From an uncultured Clostridia bacterium (GTDB lineage: Bacteria > Bacillota > Clostridia > Christensenellales > UBA1242): a stretch of DNA of 64,000 bases. This document shows positions 28,077 through 35,704 of this stretch, in pieces (position 1 is the first letter of the stretch; every line of letters starts with the position of its first letter). The stretch is taken from positions 77,216 to 141,215 of the forward strand of contig CANPWN010000001.1 of the NCBI GenBank assembly GCA_947584415.1, given 5' to 3'. A program made the translations under genes and the position numbers. The notes under the pieces were generated by a model. The model ran no database searches and was not told the DNA's origin. It worked only from the letters and a program-made list of their open reading frames with translations.

Positions 28077-28784
28077 ATGGATAACAAAACAAATGAACAA
28101 TCTTTGCCAAATTATTGGGACTTATTGAAAAGCCTAACTTTTTCTATTAGTAATGTTGAAAAAATATTCAGTCAAACTGGCTCTATCCTCAGCCAAAATG
28201 AACGCATGGCAGAAGTTTTTGCGCCACTCAATGAATTCAAAACAAAATTAAATAGCGCTTTTGCAAAAATTTTTGATGAAGTCGCGTCTTTGCAAATTCA
28301 TGATTGTGATGAGCAGGCTTTTTCTCAATTTATGACAGAATTCAATAAAGCAAATTCCCTTTTGGAAGAAAGCAAGACAAAAACTCCACTTTATCACAAA
28401 TACGCTGAAATTCTCACCGACCCAAATGTAAATTTGGACGTTGATGCGTTGCAACTTAGTGAATTTGCAGACAAAGTAAATGCTGATTATCAAGAAAATG
28501 CAATATTTGTGAGCAACTTTGGCTTAACTTATGACGAAGGCACACAATATGGCGGGATGCTTTCAAATTATCAAGAAAATATGCAAAAAGCAGAGGCAAA
28601 TGCCAAAATATGCAAAGAACTTGCAGAAAATCCTTTGCAAAACCGCTTAGATTATGCAATTCAAATTGTTGACCATGACGACCAAACACGCTCTTTGCGA
28701 AACAGCATGGAATATTACAAATACACTTTGGAAAGCCCATATTATGATGATGACGGATATGATGGTGACGGGATAGATTATTAA
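28077..28784 (+). CDS. hypothetical helical protein with acidic Y/D-rich C-terminus
   Basis: ATG 28077 follows GGAGGAAAAA. Ends in YYDDDGYDGDGIDY. No known motif. Confidence 0.5.
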   Translation: MDNKTNEQSLPNYWDLLKSLTFSISNVEKIFSQTGSILSQNERMAEVFAPLNEFKTKLNSAFAKIFDEVASLQIHDCDEQAFSQFMTEFNKANSLLEESKTKTPLYHKYAEILTDPNVNLDVDALQLSEFADKVNADYQENAIFVSNFGLTYDEGTQYGGMLSNYQENMQKAEANAKICKELAENPLQNRLDYAIQIVDHDDQTRSLRNSMEYYKYTLESPYYDDDGYDGDGIDY

Positions 28785-28796
28785 AAAAAGTGCTTT

Positions 28797-29594
28797 TCAG
28801 CACTTTTTTTGTTTAACAAATTCACTCACACAATCAATCATAAGGCGGATAACTGCCGTTTTTAATTCATGCCTGTTTTCGTTCCAACTCCAACCTTCCT
28901 GTTTGACAGCATCTGAAAAATATAAAAGTTGGGCAAATTTTAATCCGCGGTATTTTGCCACCGCCGCCCATGACGCACACTCCATTTCAACACTGACCGC
29001 ACCTTGTTTGACGCGTTTTGCAGTTGCCGTTGGGGTTTCGCGATAGAACGCATCCGTTGTCCAAGTTGTTCCTAGTTCAAACTCATGCCCTGTTTTTTGC
29101 AAATATGAGGCAATAAAATCCCTCAGCTCCTTGTCCGTTTCAACATACACTGAAGGTTTCATATAATGATAGCTTGTCCCCTCATCACGAATTGCTCTGT
29201 CCACAAGCACAAATTTTGTGCCGTCAAAAGAGTTGTCGACCTGCCCCGCCGAACCACAAGCAAAAAAGTTTTTGATGCCATAAAAAGAGAGACCAACCAT
29301 CATGCCATCAGCAGCAGCGGGCCCACCAACTGGACAAAGCGCTAACACAAATTTCTTGTTGTAAAGATAAATTTTGTAGACACATGAAATTGCCTCCCAC
29401 TCTGAAATTACTTCCAAAAGTTCAGGCCTTTTTACATCTGCAAAAATATCACGCGTGAATATAAGAAGCGCAGTGTCAATTTTTCTCTTTTTTAACATTT
29501 TTTCAACTTCTTGATGCTGAGGAGCCATTTTAAAAAATGTTTCCTTATTTATGTTTCCCTCATCTTTATAAAATTCCAAAATTGGCACTTTCAT
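28797..29594 (-). CDS. nucleoside phosphorylase (PNP/UDP family, uridine-phosphorylase-like)
   Basis: RDEGTSYHY, TTDAFYRET and VEMECA motifs. Confidence 0.7.
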   Translation of the reverse strand: MKVPILEFYKDEGNINKETFFKMAPQHQEVEKMLKKRKIDTALLIFTRDIFADVKRPELLEVISEWEAISCVYKIYLYNKKFVLALCPVGGPAAADGMMVGLSFYGIKNFFACGSAGQVDNSFDGTKFVLVDRAIRDEGTSYHYMKPSVYVETDKELRDFIASYLQKTGHEFELGTTWTTDAFYRETPTATAKRVKQGAVSVEMECASWAAVAKYRGLKFAQLLYFSDAVKQEGWSWNENRHELKTAVIRLMIDCVSEFVKQKKC

Positions 29595-29683
29595 AGTGTT
29601 TCTCCTTTGTTAGTTCATTTTAACATATCAAGTTTATCTTTCCAAATAAATTAAAGAGCCGTGAAAAACTTTAAGTTAAATAA

Positions 29684-29712
29684 TTGACAAAAATTTTCCT
29701 TTATGATATAGT
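29684..29712 (+). promoter_or_regulatory. promoter TTGACA-17-TATAGT (with TGn extended -10) for the tRNA operon
   Basis: Read directly; the -10 ends 18 nt before tRNA-Gly. Confidence 0.75.
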
Positions 29713-29730
29713 TACATAGTCGCTTAGCGT

Positions 29731-29804
29731 GCGGGTGTAGTTCAGTGGTAGAACCCCAGCCTTCCAAGCTGGTTGCGAGGGTCCGATTCCCTTCACCCGC
29801 TCCA
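29731..29804 (+). tRNA. tRNA-Gly (anticodon UCC)
   Basis: Acceptor GCGGGTG/CACCCGC, anticodon loop CTTCCAA, encoded CCA. Confidence 0.88.
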
Positions 29805-29807
29805 CGG

Positions 29808-29884
29808 GCTTCCATAGCTCAGTTGGATAGAGCAGTGCCCTTCTAAGGCAAAGGTCGAAGGTTCGAATCCTTCTGGGAGCACCA
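29808..29884 (+). tRNA. tRNA-Arg (anticodon UCU)
   Basis: Acceptor GCTTCCA/TGGGAGC, anticodon loop CTTCTAA, T-arm GAAGGTTCGAATCCTTC, CCA. Confidence 0.85.
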
Positions 29885-29888
29885 ATGT

Positions 29889-29965
29889 GGTGGTCGTAGT
29901 TCAGTTGGCAGAACGCTAGATTGTGGCTCTAGAGGTCAAGGGTTCGATTCCCTTCGATCACCCCA
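29889..29965 (+). tRNA. tRNA-His (anticodon GUG) with G-1
   Basis: Extra 5' G pairs with C73. Anticodon loop TTGTGGC. CCA encoded. Confidence 0.85.
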
Positions 29966-29976
29966 CAAAATTTTAA

Positions 29977-30051
29977 TGGGGTGTCGCCAAGCGGTAAGGC
30001 ATTGGACTCTGACTCCAACATGCGTAGGTTCGAATCCTACCACCCCAGCCA
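29977..30051 (+). tRNA. tRNA-Gln (anticodon CUG)
   Basis: Near-identical body to the 24504-24578 tRNA, with anticodon loop CTCTGAC. Confidence 0.88.
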
Positions 30052-30454
30052 GCAAAATTTGTCGCCCTAAAATTCACTTTTGCTGTTGCAAAAGTTCAGC
30101 GGGCGGGCGGAAATTTTGCTTAAATGAAAATCATTGCGATTTTCATTTGGAATTTGCGAAAGCAAAGCATTCTAAGAGAGCGTGACTCCCGTGCGAAGAA
30201 GAAATTCTAAGCAAAAATTCGATTGTTTTCAAAACACCAAAAACTTCGTAGGGTTGCTTTCAAACCTCACAAAAATGCTTGTCATTTTGTGAAAAAGGAG
30301 CGACCAAGCGAATCCCCGAACACAAGGATAAAACTTCGAAGAACCGCTTGCTTACCTTCCAAAAATGCTTGCCATTTTTGGAAAAGAGGAGCAGCCAAAT
30401 GAGGCCGGGAGCGATTGCGGTAGCAATCCGTTAACCGAATGCAGGCTGCGACGA
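30052..30454 (+). repeat. ~400-nt highly structured spacer of degenerate ~90-bp hairpin units inside the tRNA operon
   Basis: Hairpins at 30077-30094, 30122-30148, 30153-30166, 30268-30291, 30359-30381 and 30413-30428, plus a long-range pairing 30052-60/30111-19. No ORF, and no conserved RNase P, tmRNA or SRP motifs seen. Confidence 0.6.
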
Positions 30455-30530
30455 GGTCCACTAGCTCAGTCGGTAGAGCACTTGACTTTTAATCAAGGGG
30501 TCCCGGGTTCGAGCCCCGGGTGGGCCACCA
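30455..30530 (+). tRNA. tRNA-Lys (anticodon UUU)
   Basis: Acceptor GGTCCAC/GTGGGCC, anticodon loop CTTTTAA, T-arm CCGGGTTCGAGCCCCGG, CCA. Confidence 0.88.
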
Positions 30531-30537
30531 AAAAAAA

Positions 30538-30560
30538 CCAACCATCAGGTTGGCTTTTTT
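30538..30560 (+). terminator. rho-independent terminator of the tRNA operon
   Basis: ccaacc-atca-ggttgg followed by cTTTTTT. Confidence 0.75.
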
Positions 30561-30699
30561 CATTTCCCGGGGCTCTTAAGGATTCGCGTTGACTTATAAC
30601 TTCATTCAAAGACTGTAAAATTCCGAAGTTATACTACCCTCTTTGTCAAACGTATTGTTGCACCTCGATATATTAAATTTTTTGTGCCTAAATACTAAA

Positions 30700-32976
30700 C
30701 TATAAACAAGTGTTTTTTAAAGAGCTAATTTCCTTTATCAACTCATTTACGCTTAACGAATTAAGATTTTTCTGAAACATTGCTGTATCATAGAAACTGG
30801 TTTGGGATATATCTCCATTTGAAGTGTTGACTTTAAAAACAGAAATCACAATGGGTTGATTAAAAACATTTTGCTTACTAAAATATTCTCTATATGCCTC
30901 TTGCAGCATCTCCGTCTTCTCCGGGTTAATATCTTTTTCATCTTTAACTTCAATATATAAGCAAACCTTATTTTTAAACTTAATAATGAAATCAAAATAA
31001 CTATGTCTCAAATTGTTAAATTTGTCTAAATAAGCACCATTCACATTGCTAGTAGTAAAGTTTTTGCCCCAAACACTAATGCATTCTTCATTATAATCTA
31101 TGTCACTTATTTTATCAAAAACAAAAACTTCTGGGCTTCTATCATTTTCACCTATTGGCTGATAATTATTTTTGTCTCCCAATTTTGTTTCAAAAAGATA
31201 AGAGTGCATTCGAATGCTTTCATCATGAGAAACACTTGTGTAAAACTCAGTGTACATTTGCGGTGTATAAGGACTAGAAACAACCCTATATCTGGGTTTA
31301 TATAATTTGTTTTTATTTATGAAGTTTAATAAGTCTTTCTTACATTTTTGGATAAGCGTAATATAAAACATTTCTTTTGTATAAGGAAAATTTTCATATA
31401 ATTTTTTATCTTTAAAGTTAACTTTCCAAAAACTAAATAAAAGATTTTCACATTTTTCAAATATTTCTCTATTAGCTTCTCTTAATTTTAAATATAATTT
31501 AGTAAATTGAAATATGTTGCTAATCTCAGAATAATATTCCCCGCCTGCAATAGAAATATGAGTGTCTTTATAAATTAATTGTTTGTTTTTTAACGCAAAT
31601 ATTGTTTTACTTAACTGAAATATTTTATCTTTATTAGTATTTAAATATTTGTTTATATCTTCTTGCAATCCCTGTTCGTTAATATTTTGGGAGCAATCTT
31701 TAACATTTGTAATTTCTATAGACATAAACTCTTCTTGCAAAAATTTTTCTTTAACTCTGGCATTAAAGACTATAAAATTATTGTCCTGCGGAGCATTTGA
31801 ATATATATAATATTTATCTGTTGTTTCATTTTTTTCTAAATTTTTATAACAATTTCTTTTTATTCTTCCAAGAGTCTGTATGTTTAAGCCTTCAGAACAA
31901 ACATTTCTTAACTGTAATAATAAACATGCTCGAGGAATATCCCAACCCGTTGCGGGGCCAATTTTAAAAATAATGACATCAAAATCACTTTCATTTTTAG
32001 ATAATTCATTTAAGCTGAACATGTCTTTATATATTGTGTTGCTAAATTTTTCATTTTCTCCAAAATATCTAGCATAAGAAAGCCCCGCATCGTTTAACTT
32101 TTTTTCAATTAAATTTAATGTAGCTTGAAACTTTTGACTTTTATCTAAATCTGTTTTAGAATCATTGTCAACTTGGATAAGCATTGCTGGGCGAATATAA
32201 ATCCCCTCTTTTTCTAATTCTTTATATTCCTTCTTGATTCCTTTAAATTTGCTGATAGCATCCTTTAACATCTCTTCGTCATTCATAGAGCCTTCCAGCA
32301 ATGTTATTGCTTGAGTTTTTAATAAGTATTTCCCTTCATTTTTTATTGGATTGTTAAGGTCCTCTTCGGTTAAAATAACTTTGTGTATTGAAGCGTCACT
32401 ATAGTTTGGAGTGGCCGTCATTCTTATTACCATATCAGCATTATTTTGCATAAGAAATTCAAAGTTTTTATCTTCATTTGGCTCTCCGCCTATATGTGCT
32501 TCATCTCTAATATAAATCAATTTATAACCTTCATCTTTAGTTATATTTACAAAATCATCAATAACATGCCTCGTTGTTAATATTCTGTCCTTGCCAAAAC
32601 TGCTTTTACCAAAAATATAAACTTTGTTTGCTTCTGGGATAATCCTAACAGTGCCATCTGTTTTGGGCGCGCGTTTAGCATTTTCACTAGGACTTTTAAT
32701 ATGTTCAACATCAAACTTTGAAAAAGGTAAATCTTGTTTATATGTCAATATTTTCTGTTCAAAAGAAAATGGCAAATCAGAAGACGAAGGTGTGGCAATT
32801 ACAAACACAAATTTTTCTGTCGTATATCGAGACATTAACTCTGAAATAAAGGCTGTGGCCATCAATGTTTTTCCGCTACCGGTAGGTGCCTTAAAATCTA
32901 TTTTTATTGGAACTTGCGAATTATATAATGATAATAGCTCATCTACCTTTTCTTTTTGTAAATTGGTCAATTCCAT
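30700..32976 (-). CDS. res: Type III restriction enzyme Res subunit (SF2 helicase plus PD-(D/E)xK nuclease)
   Basis: APTGSGKT Walker A, IRDEAH box, and C-terminal D-x12-IEVK nuclease motif. Stop/start abuts mod. Confidence 0.8.
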   Translation of the reverse strand: MELTNLQKEKVDELLSLYNSQVPIKIDFKAPTGSGKTLMATAFISELMSRYTTEKFVFVIATPSSSDLPFSFEQKILTYKQDLPFSKFDVEHIKSPSENAKRAPKTDGTVRIIPEANKVYIFGKSSFGKDRILTTRHVIDDFVNITKDEGYKLIYIRDEAHIGGEPNEDKNFEFLMQNNADMVIRMTATPNYSDASIHKVILTEEDLNNPIKNEGKYLLKTQAITLLEGSMNDEEMLKDAISKFKGIKKEYKELEKEGIYIRPAMLIQVDNDSKTDLDKSQKFQATLNLIEKKLNDAGLSYARYFGENEKFSNTIYKDMFSLNELSKNESDFDVIIFKIGPATGWDIPRACLLLQLRNVCSEGLNIQTLGRIKRNCYKNLEKNETTDKYYIYSNAPQDNNFIVFNARVKEKFLQEEFMSIEITNVKDCSQNINEQGLQEDINKYLNTNKDKIFQLSKTIFALKNKQLIYKDTHISIAGGEYYSEISNIFQFTKLYLKLREANREIFEKCENLLFSFWKVNFKDKKLYENFPYTKEMFYITLIQKCKKDLLNFINKNKLYKPRYRVVSSPYTPQMYTEFYTSVSHDESIRMHSYLFETKLGDKNNYQPIGENDRSPEVFVFDKISDIDYNEECISVWGKNFTTSNVNGAYLDKFNNLRHSYFDFIIKFKNKVCLYIEVKDEKDINPEKTEMLQEAYREYFSKQNVFNQPIVISVFKVNTSNGDISQTSFYDTAMFQKNLNSLSVNELIKEISSLKNTCL

Positions 32977-32978
32977 AA

Positions 32979-34553
32979 TTAATCCTCACTTTTAGATTTA
33001 TAAGGAGTTAAAGATGAAAGGGTGTTGTAAATATTTATGTTATTCTGAATATAATTTGGGTCTAATTTTTTAAAATTCTCTTCTGCCTCATTTTTTATTC
33101 TTTCAGATTTTTCTATTTCTGTTATATTAAGTTCTTCTTTCACAATATCAAAAACTCTTAGTGAATTGTTTTCTAAATTCTTTTTTTCTTTTGAATATGA
33201 CCAATCTAGTTCTTCTCCTTTTGACCCCTTACCCTTTATAACTCTATACAATCTTTCCCATGTAACACCTTTTGCGATGTTGTTTTCATTGTTGGTAACC
33301 AAAATAAATTTTCTATTTCCACCATCTTCTTCGTTTAATTCCATCACAGCTTGGCCCGTTGTTCCAGACCCTGCAAAAAAATCCAAAATTTTAATATCTT
33401 TGTTTTTATTATAACTTAATAGTTTCTTTATAAAACATACAGGCTTTGCATAATCAAAAACGCTCATTCCAAAAATACTATTTAATTCTTTGGTCGCCAC
33501 TTGATTCATAAATTCATTTTTGCATGTATCTAATGAATTTAATAAAGAATTTTGGCTTCTTAATTCATTTTTGAATGATTTGAAAATAAAGCCTCTTTGG
33601 TTTTTTGATTTTTTTTCTTTGAATATAATAGTTCCATCGGAAATTAGTTGTGCTAATTTTTCTTCGGTGAATAGCCACCCTCGTCCCATTGGCGGATAAT
33701 CAAGTTGGTTGGTGTAGGGATTTTTAATTGGAAAAATGTTTTTTGACCCTTTCATAGTTGGGTCGGATGGCTTCCAATCTCCGCGCGGATCATTATCTGG
33801 ATTTTTATATTTATTTAAATTTTTTTCATCTCCGCAAAGATTAAACATGTTAGCATTTCTGGCATAGACTAAACAATATTCATGTTGTGTATTATAATCT
33901 TGTGCCATGGCTCTTTGGGTTACTGTTTTTCTAATATGACAACCTATAAAATTATCTTCGCCAAAAACTTCATCACACAAAACTTTCAAATATGCTTGTT
34001 CGTTGTCATCAATAGACACAAACATCACTCCATTATCTGTCAAAAGTTTTTTTGCTAATTTTAATCTTTCATTCATCATGTTAAGCCAACCATCTCTTGT
34101 GTATTTATCACGATAAATGAATTTTTTGCTTTCAACTTGTTCCTTGTAATCATTCCCTTCTTTTTTACTTTTTTCTGTTCCATATGGTGGATCAATATAA
34201 ATCAAATCAATAAGCCCTTTACCTTGCTTATCAGTATAAATAGCAATTAAATTTTTTAATGCATCATAATTTTCGCCAATAATCAAAACATGCTCTGTTG
34301 CGTTATGATTGCTTAAGTTTATTCCTAACGACTTATTCTCCTTGATATATGCAACACTATTATGATTAATTTCTGGTGCTTCATCAAAAACAAAACCTGT
34401 TTTTACCCTTTGGCTAATAAACCCCCAGACTGCATCTAAATCATTTACATCAACAGAATCAATAAGTTTTTTTGCTATCTCTTTTTGTTCTAAATTAAAA
34501 CTCTCTTTTGCTATCATATCTATTCTTTGTTTAAGAAATTCTTTTTTATCCAT
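32979..34553 (-). CDS. mod: Type III DNA methyltransferase Mod subunit (beta-class N6A/N4C)
   Basis: IYIDPPYGT (motif IV) precedes DFFAGSGTTG (motif I), which is the permuted order typical of Mod. Confidence 0.82.
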   Translation of the reverse strand: MDKKEFLKQRIDMIAKESFNLEQKEIAKKLIDSVDVNDLDAVWGFISQRVKTGFVFDEAPEINHNSVAYIKENKSLGINLSNHNATEHVLIIGENYDALKNLIAIYTDKQGKGLIDLIYIDPPYGTEKSKKEGNDYKEQVESKKFIYRDKYTRDGWLNMMNERLKLAKKLLTDNGVMFVSIDDNEQAYLKVLCDEVFGEDNFIGCHIRKTVTQRAMAQDYNTQHEYCLVYARNANMFNLCGDEKNLNKYKNPDNDPRGDWKPSDPTMKGSKNIFPIKNPYTNQLDYPPMGRGWLFTEEKLAQLISDGTIIFKEKKSKNQRGFIFKSFKNELRSQNSLLNSLDTCKNEFMNQVATKELNSIFGMSVFDYAKPVCFIKKLLSYNKNKDIKILDFFAGSGTTGQAVMELNEEDGGNRKFILVTNNENNIAKGVTWERLYRVIKGKGSKGEELDWSYSKEKKNLENNSLRVFDIVKEELNITEIEKSERIKNEAEENFKKLDPNYIQNNINIYNTLSSLTPYKSKSED

Positions 34554-34744
34554 TTGTTTCTCCTTGCCAAAACTTTATTAGATTATAACATATATTTTTT
34601 AATTTTGCAGGCATTTTTCATTTGTTTTTTCAAAATATTTTTGAAACGTTAATAACGAAGGAGAATTGATATGATACGCGTGGCAGAAAGTCACCATTTT
34701 GCAATCATAAATTTGATGGGAGTAAATAAACAAAAATCAAAATA

Positions 34745-34780
34745 ACAAAAAATTCCGAAAATAATAGGCATTTTCGGAAT
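34745..34780 (-). terminator. rho-independent terminator after pfkA
   Basis: attccgaaaat-aataggc-attttcggaat 11-bp stem with a T-run on the minus strand. Confidence 0.8.
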
Positions 34781-34834
34781 TAAGTTTGCGCAATTTTAAC
34801 GAATAAAGTGCAAGTTTAATAAACAAATTTTTTA

Positions 34835-35704
34835 TTAAATCTTTTTAAGTATTGTGTGACCGGCACGGAGCATAACGGCAATTGGAAGAGCGTCTGTGCC
34901 AATGGCTTTGATTGTGCCGTGTGCAAATTTATGAGCAACGCTCAAATCTTTGGCTGAAGGTTGTGAACCCCTTTGCAAATGGCCAACTACAAAACTTTTA
35001 ACCTCCGCCGGTGCTACAACTTTTGCCAGCCTTGTTGCAAGTTTTGCAATATCACAGATGTTTTCTTTTATCACAATGAGGGTTGCAAGATTTTTTTCAT
35101 ATCTAGTTTTTATTAAAGACGCAAGCGCCTCTTCATCAAGTTGTTCTTTTTGTGTGATTATAACTTCAGCGCCAAGTTTTTTGCCCGCCGCTAAAGCAAT
35201 TTCGCCGCAATTTCTGCCCATAGTTTCAACAATAACTGCTCTTGTGTGCGACCTCATGCTTGGCATAAGCCCGTTGACAGCGTTCACAACGCTTGTAACT
35301 GCAGTGTCAAAACCTATGCTTGTGGCACTCTCCTCAACATCATTGTCAATGGTTCCTGGAACAAAAACTGCTCTCACACCATTATCCGCCAAAGCGCGAA
35401 CACCCCTCTTTGACCCGTTACCACCCAAGACAACAACAGCATCAAAGTTTTTAGCGTTTTGAACAGCAACCTCAAAATACTTCTTTTCCTTAAATTCTGG
35501 GAATCTGCAGGCATAGATGCAACATCCTGGCTCATTTTCATGTTTTAATGGCTTAAAATGAGAAGCAGGAAAAATCTCGTTTTCATAAAGTCCCTTAAAG
35601 CCACGGCAAGCATACAAACTTTTGCCATATTTTTTATAAAGGGTTGCAATAAACTTGTTCATCCCTGGTGCGTCACCACCACTTGCTAAAACTAAAACTT
35701 TCAT
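34835..35704 (-). CDS. pfkA: ATP-dependent 6-phosphofructokinase
   Basis: MKVLVLASGGDAPGMN, PGTIDND, ETMGR and GHLQRG. ATG 35704 follows GGAGGAATA and overlaps the dnaE stop (TAATG). Confidence 0.9.
   Translation of the reverse strand: MKVLVLASGGDAPGMNKFIATLYKKYGKSLYACRGFKGLYENEIFPASHFKPLKHENEPGCCIYACRFPEFKEKKYFEVAVQNAKNFDAVVVLGGNGSKRGVRALADNGVRAVFVPGTIDNDVEESATSIGFDTAVTSVVNAVNGLMPSMRSHTRAVIVETMGRNCGEIALAAGKKLGAEVIITQKEQLDEEALASLIKTRYEKNLATLIVIKENICDIAKLATRLAKVVAPAEVKSFVVGHLQRGSQPSAKDLSVAHKFAHGTIKAIGTDALPIAVMLRAGHTILKKI

Noticed and set aside
30052-30454. Could the 400-nt spacer be RNase P RNA, tmRNA, 6S or SRP RNA?
   Set aside because: I could not find the conserved AGGAAAGTCC / P4-type RNase P motifs, a tRNA-like tmRNA end with a tag ORF, or the SRP GGAA/AGCA domain IV motif. 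The internal unit repetition also argues against these single-copy RNAs.
29976-30592. Track ORFs (69 aa and 75 aa) in the tRNA operon
   Set aside because: They read through the tRNA-Gln and tRNA-Lys genes and the structured spacer, so they are not coding.
30566-34744. Calling the R-M region a mobile element
   Set aside because: No integrase, transposase, inverted terminal repeats or duplicated tRNA end is visible. Only the compositional contrast and the tRNA adjacency support mobility, so it is reported as a finding and not as a mobile_element feature.
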